Shown: positions 22,569-31,523, numbered from the stretch's first letter. The stretch is DNA of 64,000 nt from an uncultured Pelagibacteraceae bacterium (GCA_902563575.1 CACEXV010000002.1:94702-158701); one strand, 5' to 3'. Notes: generated by a model from the letters alone, not told the origin. Numbers and translations are program-made.

Positions 22569-23880
22569 TTACTAAATCCTCAATTTTGATTGACTTTTCC
22601 TCACCTGAACTTAGTTCACGTATGGTTGGTTTTCCTATCTTAATTTCATTTTCACCATAAAGAATAACTGCGGGAGATTTTATTTTGTTTGCATATTCCA
22701 TTTGTTTTTTTAACTTGTTTTCTCCAGGATAAATTTCTGTGCCAATGTTAGCACCTCTTAGAATTTTTTGAAGATCAATATAATATTTCATTAAATTTTT
22801 ATCAAAAACACAAATTATTATTGGTCGTGATTGGTTAATATTGAATTCTTTTCTCTGCATTAAGGCATAAACTAGTCGGTCCAACCCTATAGATATTCCT
22901 GTAGCAGGTGCATCGTAGTTCCCAAAGTTGCTCACTAGATTATCATATCTTCCTCCACCACCAATTGATCCAAACTGAATAATTTGTCCTTTGTTATTTT
23001 TAACGTCAAAATTTAAGTCAACTTCAAATATTGGTCCTGTGTAATATTCAAGTCCTCTTACAATGGAGGGATCAAATTTATAATTACTAAAACCATACTT
23101 TTTAAATAAATCTATTATTTCCATCAAATCTTCTGTGTCGGGTGTATCTTTGTTTAATTCTTTTTTAATAATTTCTATGCTTGATTTATTAAGATTTGCT
23201 CCTTGAGTAAAATCTCCAGATTTATCTTTTCTTCCCTTTCCTAAGAGTTTCTCAACTTCATCCCAGCCCAATCTATCAATTTTGTCCAAGGCTCTTAATG
23301 TTATTAATTTCTGTTCGCCATCGTTTATGTTAATATTCTTAAATAATTTTTCTGTAATTTTTCGAGAAGAAATCTTGACCAAATAATCTTTTTTGGTTAA
23401 GCCACATTCCTCAAGTATTTCTGAAATCAGAATGCATAGTTCTGCGTCAGCCTGTAAACTTTTTGTACCAACAAAATCTGCATCGAATTGTAAAAATTCT
23501 CTAAATCTTCCTGGGCCAGGTTTTTCATTTCTCCACACGTTTCCAAGCTGATATCTTTTAAATGGTTTAGGGATTTCCAAATAGTTTTTAGCTACGTATC
23601 TTGCCAAAGGAGCTGTTAAATCGTATCGTAGGGATAGCCAATTTTTTTCATCTTTAAATGAAAAAACACCAGCATCCGGTCTCTCTTTGTCTGGCAGGAA
23701 TTTGCCTATACTATCTGTAAACTCAAAACTTGGTGTTTCGAGATACTGAAAACCATATTTAATCATTACTCTTTTAATATTCGTTATTATAAAATCACGA
23801 ATGAGTAATTCTTTTTCTTGTCTATCGACAAATCCTAAAGGAAGCTCCTTTGAAGGTTTGATCTTTTTATTTTTTGTCAT
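22546..23880 (-). CDS. hisS: Histidyl-tRNA synthetase
   Basis: LRYDLTAPLAR, WRNEKPGPGRFREFLQFDAD, RGLEYYTG, GGGGRYD; true start taken as ATG at 23880. Confidence 0.97.
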   Translation of the reverse strand: MTKNKKIKPSKELPLGFVDRQEKELLIRDFIITNIKRVMIKYGFQYLETPSFEFTDSIGKFLPDKERPDAGVFSFKDEKNWLSLRYDLTAPLARYVAKNYLEIPKPFKRYQLGNVWRNEKPGPGRFREFLQFDADFVGTKSLQADAELCILISEILEECGLTKKDYLVKISSRKITEKLFKNININDGEQKLITLRALDKIDRLGWDEVEKLLGKGRKDKSGDFTQGANLNKSSIEIIKKELNKDTPDTEDLMEIIDLFKKYGFSNYKFDPSIVRGLEYYTGPIFEVDLNFDVKNNKGQIIQFGSIGGGGRYDNLVSNFGNYDAPATGISIGLDRLVYALMQRKEFNINQSRPIIICVFDKNLMKYYIDLQKILRGANIGTEIYPGENKLKKQMEYANKIKSPAVILYGENEIKIGKPTIRELSSGEEKSIKIEDLVNEIQKII

Positions 23881-23884
23881 TATC

Positions 23885-23961
23885 TGGTACAGCAGGGTGG
23901 ATTCGAACCACCGACCCCTAGTTCCACAAACTAGTGCTCTAACCAACTGAGCTACTGCTGC
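23885..23961 (-). tRNA. tRNA-His (GUG), CCA encoded, no G-1, discriminator A73
   Basis: GCAGCAGTAGCTCAGTTGGTTAGAGCACTAGTTTGTGGAACTAGGGGTCGGTGGTTCGAATCCACCCTGCTGTACCA folds as a cloverleaf with anticodon GTG. Confidence 0.97.
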
Positions 23962-24093
23962 ATAACTCCTTTTTATATTATTTATTAGTAAATTTGTATT
24001 TTAATTTATGTAATGATTTAGCCAAGCAAATGCTTAGCGTGCATTCTGTTAGAATGTGATTTTTGAACTGATCTTAAAGTTTCTTTAAACATT

Positions 24094-24122
24094 AATATGT
24101 ATTTATTAAAAAAATGTGTCAA
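24094..24122 (-). promoter_or_regulatory. Candidate sigma70 promoter upstream of tRNA-His-hisSZG
   Basis: TTGACA - 17 nt - CATATT on the minus strand. Confidence 0.5.
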
Positions 24123-24134
24123 TTTCAAGATTTA

Positions 24135-24171
24135 TTAACGGGACAATACAATAATGTAAATGCCCCGCTAA
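24135..24171 (-). terminator. Hairpin downstream of the cold-shock gene (probable terminator or stabiliser)
   Basis: TTAGCGGGGCATTTACA-TTAT-TGTATTGTCCCGTTAA; pairs well only on the minus strand (two G:U pairs); no long U tract. Confidence 0.6.
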
Positions 24172-24194
24172 TATATGATTTGGAAAATTTAGAA

Positions 24195-24407
24195 TTAAGA
24201 TGTTTTCTGCAATTTTACTGCAGCAGGACCTTTTTCCGTGCTCTCCACTTCAAACGTTAATTCATCACCTTCGTTTAAATATTTTAAACCAGCTTCTCTA
24301 ACAGCTGATGAGTGAACGAACACGTCTTTTTCTTTGTCTTCTCTTTCAATAAAACCATAACCTTTAGTTCCATTGAACCACTTTACTTTACCTTTTAGTG
24401 TACTCAT
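24195..24407 (-). CDS. Cold-shock protein (CspA family)
   Basis: [24 protein letters not shown] motifs. Confidence 0.96.
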   Translation of the reverse strand: MSTLKGKVKWFNGTKGYGFIEREDKEKDVFVHSSAVREAGLKYLNEGDELTFEVESTEKGPAAVKLQKTS

Positions 24408-24548
24408 TATTTACTTATCCTTGTTGTTATTAACTTATGTTAGTTTTACTAACATTGCTCTTAAATAGATTTGTGAAAGAATTGTCAAGCAATCATTGAC
24501 GAGGAAAACGACAAATTTTAAAATTTACTAGCTATTTTGGTATCAATA

Positions 24549-25649
24549 TCAGATAAATAAAATTATTGCTGTAATTGCCGCAACTATAACGCCTGCGTAA
24601 ATAAATTTGTTTTTATTAAGATTTTTAACTATTTTAGCATATTTAGGTTCTTTATAGCCTAAACCTGCGTCTGTTTGAGAGGATTTTGCGAATCCTTTAT
24701 CTCTTCCAATTTTCAAAAATCTACTTTTTCTATGGTCATAAATTTCACTTTTAGACATTCCTCTAAAAAATTTTAAATTTTCTATTAGTGCTGATTTAAT
24801 ATCTTCTGCAATTAAATTAGGATCTCTGTGAGCACCACCAAGAGGTTCATTGATGATCTCATCGATAATCCCTAAACTTAGTAAATCTTTTGCTGTCAAT
24901 TTCATCGCTTCAGCTGCTTGTAAAGATTTGCTTTGATCCCTCCATAGTATCGACGCGCATCCTTCTGGAGAAATTACTGAGTAAATAGAATTTTCCAACA
25001 TTACAACTTTATTTGATGAAGCTAGAGCAATTGCTCCTCCTGATCCACCTTCGCCAATTATAACTGAAATATTTGGAACCGTAAGCGACATGCTGCATTC
25101 TATTGAACTTGCGATAGCTGAGGCTTGTCCACGTTGCTCAGCTCCTAATCCTGGATATGCTCCTGGAGTATCAACAAACGTTATAACTGGTATATTAAAC
25201 CTATTAGCTAATTGCATTAATCTTACACATTTTCTATATCCTTCAGGCCTCATCATGCCAAAGTTTCTTTCAATTCTACTATTAAGATCTTCACCTTTTT
25301 CCTGCCCAATAACTAATACAGACTTTTGACTCAACAAACCAAATCCAGCAATTACTGACTTATCATCTCCAAAAAGGCGGTCACCCGATAATTGAGTAAA
25401 ACTATCGAAAATTTTTTTTATGTAGAAATTTGCTCGAGGTCTATCCTCGTGTCTCGCAACAAGCGTTTTTTGCCAACTGTTAAGATTTTCATAAGTTTCT
25501 TTTAATTTCTCGTTTATTTGCAACTGAGTATTTTTTATCTTATCTGTATCTACTTCTGTTATGCCTTCTGAGCCAAATGGACTTTTGAGATCGTCAAGAT
25601 TTTTCTCTAAATTTTTGATCTCTTTTTCAAATTCAAGATAATTTTTCAT
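24549..25649 (-). CDS. accA: Acetyl-CoA carboxylase carboxyltransferase alpha, with C-terminal hydrophobic extension
   Basis: NFGMMRPEGYRK, DTPGAYPG, GEGGSGGA, YSVISPEGCASILW, EPLGGAHR. Confidence 0.96.
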   Translation of the reverse strand: MKNYLEFEKEIKNLEKNLDDLKSPFGSEGITEVDTDKIKNTQLQINEKLKETYENLNSWQKTLVARHEDRPRANFYIKKIFDSFTQLSGDRLFGDDKSVIAGFGLLSQKSVLVIGQEKGEDLNSRIERNFGMMRPEGYRKCVRLMQLANRFNIPVITFVDTPGAYPGLGAEQRGQASAIASSIECSMSLTVPNISVIIGEGGSGGAIALASSNKVVMLENSIYSVISPEGCASILWRDQSKSLQAAEAMKLTAKDLLSLGIIDEIINEPLGGAHRDPNLIAEDIKSALIENLKFFRGMSKSEIYDHRKSRFLKIGRDKGFAKSSQTDAGLGYKEPKYAKIVKNLNKNKFIYAGVIVAAITAIILFI

Positions 25650-25721
25650 ATTTTTCTAATTACCATAAATTAAATGACAATAGAATCATTATCTTTTTAG
25701 TTAATTAACAATTTTGTTAGA

Positions 25722-25750
25722 TTGACACATAACTGCTCTTAAGCCAAAAT
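25722..25750 (+). promoter_or_regulatory. Candidate sigma70 promoter of glcB
   Basis: TTGACA - 17 nt - CAAAAT, 54 nt upstream of the ATG. Confidence 0.5.
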
Positions 25751-25804
25751 ATCCTAATTAATGTTAATTAAGTTGATATTATTATAAGTGTTAAATTAAG
25801 TGAA

Positions 25805-27943
25805 ATGACTAAAACTAAAATAGCAGATATAACCATAGATAATAAATTATTGGATTTTGTCAATAACGAGGTGATTCCCGGACTTGACATAGACAAGATT
25901 GAGTTCTGGAACAAATTCAGTGAAGCTGCAAATGATCTATCAGTTGTAAATGCAAATCTGATCAAAAAGAGAGAGGCTATTCAAAACAAGATTGATGATT
26001 GGCATAAAAAAAATAAAGATTTTAACAATACTGATTACCAAAAATTTTTAAGAGAGATAGGGTACATAGTTGAAGAAGGTGAAGATTTTAAGATTTTGAC
26101 TGATAATGTAGATGAGGAAATAGCTAAGATAGCAGGCCCTCAACTTGTTGTTCCAGTAGATAACGCTAGATATGCACTAAATGCTGTTAATGCAAGATGG
26201 GGTAGTTTGTATAACTCACTATACGGAACTGATGCTATACCAGGAAAAAAAGGCACTGCATACAATAAGGAGAGAGGATATTTAGTTATTGATCATGTGA
26301 AAGAATTTTTTGATAAAGTCATACCTATTTCAAATGCTAAATGGAAGCAAATTTTAAGATTTGATATAGAGGATAGTAAGCTTGTTTTAAAAGATAAAAA
26401 TCTAAAATACTACTTACAGAATAATGATCAATTTATTGGCTTTCAAGGTGAAAAGAATAATTTAAAATCTCTTTTATTTAAAAATAATAATCTTCATATT
26501 GATATAATAATTGATCCTACTAGTCCTATTGGAAAAATGGATATTGCTAATATAAGTGATGTTATAATTGAATCTGCTATTTCTACTATAGTAGATAATG
26601 AGGATTCTGTTGCTGCGGTTGATGCTGGTGATAAGGTCAAGTGTTATAGAAATTGGCTCGGAATCATGAAAGGTGATTTAGAAACTGAAGTGGAAAAAGA
26701 TGGTAAAAAATTTATTAGGAAATTGAATCCTGATAAAAATTACAAATCTATTGATGGAAACAATATTACACTTCACGGTAGGTCTCTTATCTTAAATAGA
26801 AATGTTGGACATCTAATGAAAAGTAGCTCCATACTGTTAAAGGATGGTTCTGAAATACCAGAGGGTATTTTAGACGGCTTTATGAGTGTTTTATGTGCAA
26901 AGCATGATTTAAAAAGTAAAAAAAATTCAAGGACAGGTTCAGTATATATAGTGAAACCAAAAATGCACGGGCCTGAAGAAGTCTCATTCACTAATAAACT
27001 TTTTAATAAAGTAGAGGATGTTTTAAAATTAAAAAAGAATACGGTTAAAATAGGAATAATGGATGAGGAACGAAGAACAACTGTAAATCTGAAAGAGTGT
27101 ATTAGAGAAGTAAAAGAACGTATCGTTTTCATAAATACTGGATTTTTAGATAGGACTGGGGATGAAATGCACACTTCAATGGAGTCTGGACCTATGATTT
27201 TTAAAGGAGATATGAAAAAGTCGAAATGGCTGAGTGCGTATGAAGATTGGAATGTTGATATAGGATTATCATGTGGTTTTTCTGGTAAAGCTCAGATAGG
27301 AAAAGGTATGTGGGCGATGCCAGATCGAATGGCTGACATGCTGGCCCAAAAAATAAATCATCCTATGTCTGGAGCAAATTGTGCGTGGGTGCCATCTCCG
27401 ACTGCCGCAACACTTCATGCAACTCATTATCACAAAATAAATGTGTTCAATAAACAAAAAGAATTGTCTTCTAGAGAAAGGGCTAAAATAGAAGATATTT
27501 TATCAATACCAACCGCAGATAGACCAAATTGGTCTAAAGAGGATATTTTTAAAGAAGTTGAAAATAATGCACAAAGTATTCTAGGCTATGTAGTTAGATG
27601 GATTAACCAAGGGGTGGGCTGTTCTAAAGTACCTGATATAAATAACGTTGGACTAATGGAGGACAGAGCAACTTTGCGAATTTCTTCACAACACATAGCT
27701 AACTGGGTGCATCACGGTGTTTGCAGTAAAGAAGATGTTTTAAAAATTTTCAAAAAAATGGCTGTGACTGTAGATAAACAAAACGTCGACGATAAAAATT
27801 ATGAGCCAATGTCAAAAAACTATGATAATTCCATTGCTTTTAAAACTGCTTGCGAGTTGGCTCTAAAAGGAAAGGATCAGCCCTCTGGTTATACCGAGCC
27901 TCTACTTCATCAAAGAAGGTTAGACAAAAAAGCTAGTCCGTAA
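25805..27943 (+). CDS. glcB: Malate synthase G
   Basis: AGPQLVVP, NARWGSLY, EDSVAAVD, RNVGHLM, KPKMHGPEE, FINTGFLDRTGDE, MEDRATLRISSQ. Confidence 0.98.
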   Translation: MTKTKIADITIDNKLLDFVNNEVIPGLDIDKIEFWNKFSEAANDLSVVNANLIKKREAIQNKIDDWHKKNKDFNNTDYQKFLREIGYIVEEGEDFKILTDNVDEEIAKIAGPQLVVPVDNARYALNAVNARWGSLYNSLYGTDAIPGKKGTAYNKERGYLVIDHVKEFFDKVIPISNAKWKQILRFDIEDSKLVLKDKNLKYYLQNNDQFIGFQGEKNNLKSLLFKNNNLHIDIIIDPTSPIGKMDIANISDVIIESAISTIVDNEDSVAAVDAGDKVKCYRNWLGIMKGDLETEVEKDGKKFIRKLNPDKNYKSIDGNNITLHGRSLILNRNVGHLMKSSSILLKDGSEIPEGILDGFMSVLCAKHDLKSKKNSRTGSVYIVKPKMHGPEEVSFTNKLFNKVEDVLKLKKNTVKIGIMDEERRTTVNLKECIREVKERIVFINTGFLDRTGDEMHTSMESGPMIFKGDMKKSKWLSAYEDWNVDIGLSCGFSGKAQIGKGMWAMPDRMADMLAQKINHPMSGANCAWVPSPTAATLHATHYHKINVFNKQKELSSRERAKIEDILSIPTADRPNWSKEDIFKEVENNAQSILGYVVRWINQGVGCSKVPDINNVGLMEDRATLRISSQHIANWVHHGVCSKEDVLKIFKKMAVTVDKQNVDDKNYEPMSKNYDNSIAFKTACELALKGKDQPSGYTEPLLHQRRLDKKASP

Positions 27944-28538
27944 TTATCGGAACCCTATTTTTAAAAGCAGAGAAAAGTGTTCCATCATCTAGTTGTTCAA
28001 TCTCACCTCCGACTGGAAGTCCTTGGGCTAATTTTGTTATGATAACCTGTTCATTTTTTACTACATCTTCAATGTAATGGGCTGTAGTTTGGCCTTCTAC
28101 CGTTGCGCTTGTTGCAATAATAACCTCTTTTAGTTTATTTTTCTGTATTCTTTTTAATAATGAGTCGATAAGTAAATTTTGTTGTTCATATTTTTCACTT
28201 GAGTTAATCGTACCTCCAAGAATATGAAAATGACCTTTGAATATGTTAGCAGACTCTATAACCCACATATCTGCTAAATTTTCTACAACACAAATTTTTT
28301 CATAATTTGACTTAGTTTCGCAAGTACAAATCTGTTCCAGCACTTTTAGATTTCCACAAATTTTGCAACGTACTACTTTTTTATAAGTGTTCGCTAAAGA
28401 TTTAGCCAAAGGTTTTAAAAAACTTTCTTTATTATTAATTAACTTTAAAATTATTCTTTTAGCTGATTTTGGACCTAGGCCTGGCAATTTAGAAAATTGC
28501 TTAATCAGTTCATCAATTTCATTAATATTATTATCCAT
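27933..28538 (-). CDS. recR: Recombination mediator RecR
   Basis: LPGLGPKSAKR, ICVVE, TVEGQTTA, GLPVGGEIE. Confidence 0.96.
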   Translation of the reverse strand: MDNNINEIDELIKQFSKLPGLGPKSAKRIILKLINNKESFLKPLAKSLANTYKKVVRCKICGNLKVLEQICTCETKSNYEKICVVENLADMWVIESANIFKGHFHILGGTINSSEKYEQQNLLIDSLLKRIQKNKLKEVIIATSATVEGQTTAHYIEDVVKNEQVIITKLAQGLPVGGEIEQLDDGTLFSAFKNRVPIITD

Positions 28539-28858
28539 CAGAAAGGCATTTTTAGATCAAAAGGCAAATTCATGCCACCTGTTATTTGCGAAAGTTCCTC
28601 AGCAGATTTTTTTTTTAAATTATCTTTTGCGTTGTTATAAGCGGCTGCAATAAGATCAGTTATAATTTCAAATTTTTCTTTTTTAGCCTCGTCACTAATG
28701 ACTATTGATTTAATTTCATAATCCCCACTAAGCGTTACTCTTACTAAGTTTCCACCTGCAGAGCCTTCTACCTGAATTTTCTTAATCTTATCTTGAACTT
28801 CTCTCATTTTTTCCTGCATCTCTTTCGCTTTTGAAAGCATATCATTAAAATTATTCAT
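28538..28858 (-). CDS. ybaB: YbaB/EbfC nucleoid-associated protein
   Basis: AKEMQEKM, GSAGGNLVRV, DLIAAAYN; dnaX-ybaB-recR order. Confidence 0.92.
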   Translation of the reverse strand: MNNFNDMLSKAKEMQEKMREVQDKIKKIQVEGSAGGNLVRVTLSGDYEIKSIVISDEAKKEKFEIITDLIAAAYNNAKDNLKKKSAEELSQITGGMNLPFDLKMPF

Positions 28859-30533
28859 CTTGGTCACCATCTATTACATTTGTAATTTTAGCATCAGGAA
28901 AAATAGATTTTATTTTACTAGTTGTTTCATTATTTTCAAATGTGTTTATATCTTCTTTTATTTTATCTTTTTTGATATCGAAGACAGATTTTTTACCTAT
29001 TTTTTGACTAAAAGAAATTATCCATCTTTTTCCTGTCCAATCGTAAAGTTTTTCAGATAAATTTTTTACAAAATTTTTACTTAGGTTTTCGTTAAAATTT
29101 ATATCTATTTTTCCATGCGAAAAACTTACAAGGTTTACATTTCTCTCTAAATCATATTTTAGCTCAACCTCTTTTTCTTTTTCGACTATTTCTATCAAGC
29201 TATTGATGGAATTTATTTCTAGCTTGTCATAAGGTTTTTCAATACTTGGTTTTTTTTCTATTGATGTTTTAATTTGCTGTGTGCTCTTAAGTTGATCTTT
29301 TATTGTTTTCGAGTATATATCTTCATCTTTATTTGTTTGAGTCTTTAGTTTGTTTCCTTTATTCTCTACAACTAGATTATCTGATTGCTGTATCTCAGAC
29401 GATGAAAATTCTCTAATACCCTCTAGGTGACAAAGCTGTATAATGTACATTTCTAGCAAGAGGTACTCATTATTGATAACTTTTAAATCATTAATTGATT
29501 TTATTGTCAGATGCCAAAATAAATTTATATCAGAAATTTTTAAATTTTTTGATATTTCATTGATAGAAGAAAGCTCGCTTTCTGATATTGATAGATCTTT
29601 ATCTAAAGAACCTAAGGTTAATTTTCTAGAAAATAAATTAAGAATATATAGTACATCGTTTAAAAAGTTTTTTGCATCTAACCCTTCGTTAAAAATCTTT
29701 TGAAGATAGTCAACCGCATTTTTTTGGTTTCCCTCAAAAACTTCTTTCAAAAGCAATATTATTTTTCTTTTGTCCATTAAACCAAGCATTTCTCTTACAT
29801 CTTTCTCTTCTAATTTTTTACTTTCATCAATTTTTTGACCAACCAAAGCTCTGTCCATTAGAGAAAGGCTGTCTCTTACAGATCCTTCAGATACGCTTGC
29901 AATTAATCTCAAAGCATTTTCACTAATTTTAATCTTTTCTGTCTCAGCCACAAATTTTAAATGATCTGTCAAATTTTCTATGCTTACTCTTTTTAAATCG
30001 AATCTTTGGCATCTAGATAAAATTGTGACTGGTATTTTTCTGACCTCTGTAGTGGCTAGTATAAATTTCAAACTTGGTGGTGGTTCTTCCAAAGTTTTAA
30101 GTAATCCATTAAAAGCCTGTTTCGAAAGCATGTGAACTTCGTCAATAATAAATATTTTAAACTTTGCGCTTGTAGGGCTATATTTTGAATTTTCAATTAT
30201 CTCCCTGATATCATCGATACCAGTTTTTGAAGCCGCATCCATCTCAAGAACATCTATGTGACTGGAATCAGCGATTTCTGAACAAGATGAGCATTGTTTT
30301 GTTTTACTGCACTCTTTTTTATCTGAGTTACTATTTATACAGTTCAAAGCTTTGGCTATTAACCTTGCAGTAGTGGTTTTACCTACCCCTCTTATTCCGT
30401 TTAAAAGATATGCATTCGGAGTTTTGCCAAGTTTAATTGCGTTACTTATTGTTTTTGCAATTACATCTTGACCAATCAAATCTTCAAAAATTTGAGGTCT
30501 ATATTTTAATGCTAAAATATTATTTTTCTTCAT
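28851..30533 (-). CDS. dnaX: DNA polymerase III subunit gamma/tau
   Basis: KYRPQIFEDLIGQ, GIRGVGKTT, DEVHMLS, SRCQRF. Confidence 0.97.
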   Translation of the reverse strand: MKKNNILALKYRPQIFEDLIGQDVIAKTISNAIKLGKTPNAYLLNGIRGVGKTTTARLIAKALNCINSNSDKKECSKTKQCSSCSEIADSSHIDVLEMDAASKTGIDDIREIIENSKYSPTSAKFKIFIIDEVHMLSKQAFNGLLKTLEEPPPSLKFILATTEVRKIPVTILSRCQRFDLKRVSIENLTDHLKFVAETEKIKISENALRLIASVSEGSVRDSLSLMDRALVGQKIDESKKLEEKDVREMLGLMDKRKIILLLKEVFEGNQKNAVDYLQKIFNEGLDAKNFLNDVLYILNLFSRKLTLGSLDKDLSISESELSSINEISKNLKISDINLFWHLTIKSINDLKVINNEYLLLEMYIIQLCHLEGIREFSSSEIQQSDNLVVENKGNKLKTQTNKDEDIYSKTIKDQLKSTQQIKTSIEKKPSIEKPYDKLEINSINSLIEIVEKEKEVELKYDLERNVNLVSFSHGKIDINFNENLSKNFVKNLSEKLYDWTGKRWIISFSQKIGKKSVFDIKKDKIKEDINTFENNETTSKIKSIFPDAKITNVIDGDQDE

Positions 30534-30538
30534 TTTTA

Positions 30539-30628
30539 GAGGCAGGCAACAACCTGAATAAAATTCACTACGGCTGCTTCTTTTCAGACCTGACCGGGTT
30601 TATGAAACATTCACCTGATGCCAACCTC
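30539..30628 (-). ncRNA. ffs: Signal recognition particle 4.5S RNA
   Basis: Domain IV core CCGGTCAGGTCT-GAAA-AGAAGCAGCCG; terminal GAGG.../...CCTC stem; extended -10 TGaTATAAT just upstream; located before dnaX. Confidence 0.92.
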
Positions 30629-30686
30629 GAAATGATTATATCAACATAAAGTTAAATACCACAAGACAAGTTTTTTATTTTGTGGA

Positions 30687-31523
30687 CTAATTTTTCCTAA
30701 ATTTTGAAGCCTCATATACCCCTAAAACATCTAAACTTTGCGTATGAAATCCTAATTCCTCCATGGCAATCTGAACTTTCTTATCCTCAAGATGTCCCTC
30801 AAAATCCAAATAGAAATTAGTCTGATCAAAGGTGTTCTTTACAGAAAAGCTTTCTAATTTTGTCATATTGATTTGATTTGTAGCGAATCCACCTAAACAC
30901 TTGTACAGAGCTGAGGGGATACTTTTTAATCTGAAGATACATGACGTAATAAATTTCTTATTTGAGTCATATGTTGGTTGTTGAATATTTTTTCCCATAA
31001 TTAAGAACCTGGTAACATTACCTTTTTCATCCTCAATATTTTTTTTTAAGATTTTTAAGTTGTAAATTTCTGCTGATAGATCAGAGGCTATCGCTGCTAT
31101 GGATTTATCATTATTTTCGGATAAATCTTTGGCTGATCCAGCAGTATCTGCAGAAATAATTGTTTTAAATTTATTTTTAGTAATTAAATTCTGACATTGC
31201 CCTATGGCTTGAGCATGACTTCGTACAAATTTTATATCACTTAAATTTGCAGATTTTATGGAAAGTAAGTTGTGCTCAACTCTTTGAAAATGTTCGCCAT
31301 AAATTTGTAATTTATACTTAGGTAGTAAATAATGTATATCAGCTACTCTTCCAGCCAAAGAATTTTCTATTGGTATAACAACTTTGTAACTTGAATCTTC
31401 ATGAGCTAATTTAAATGTTTCCTCGAACGTACTACATGTTGTAATTTTTGCATCAGGAAATAATTCCTTTGATGCTATATGTGAATAAGCACCGAGCTCA
31501 CCCTGAAATGCGATCTTTAACAT
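30687..31523 (-). CDS. pheA: Prephenate dehydratase
   Basis: FQGELGAYSH, PIENSLAG, SHAQA, NVTRF, INMTKLES. Confidence 0.95.
   Translation of the reverse strand: MLKIAFQGELGAYSHIASKELFPDAKITTCSTFEETFKLAHEDSSYKVVIPIENSLAGRVADIHYLLPKYKLQIYGEHFQRVEHNLLSIKSANLSDIKFVRSHAQAIGQCQNLITKNKFKTIISADTAGSAKDLSENNDKSIAAIASDLSAEIYNLKILKKNIEDEKGNVTRFLIMGKNIQQPTYDSNKKFITSCIFRLKSIPSALYKCLGGFATNQINMTKLESFSVKNTFDQTNFYLDFEGHLEDKKVQIAMEELGFHTQSLDVLGVYEASKFRKN

Noticed and set aside
23881-23946. ORF-track N-terminal extension of HisS (MVRALVCGTRGRWFESTLLYQI)
   Set aside because: It is the tRNA-His gene read in frame. HisS similarity begins at ATG 23880, and a short stop-free stretch in GC-richer tRNA sequence is expected by chance.
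23953-23971. SD-like AAGGAG followed by ATG-CAG-CAG-TAG overlapping the tRNA 5' end
   Set aside because: SD-ATG spacing is only 2 nt and the 3-codon ORF is dictated by the tRNA acceptor stem.
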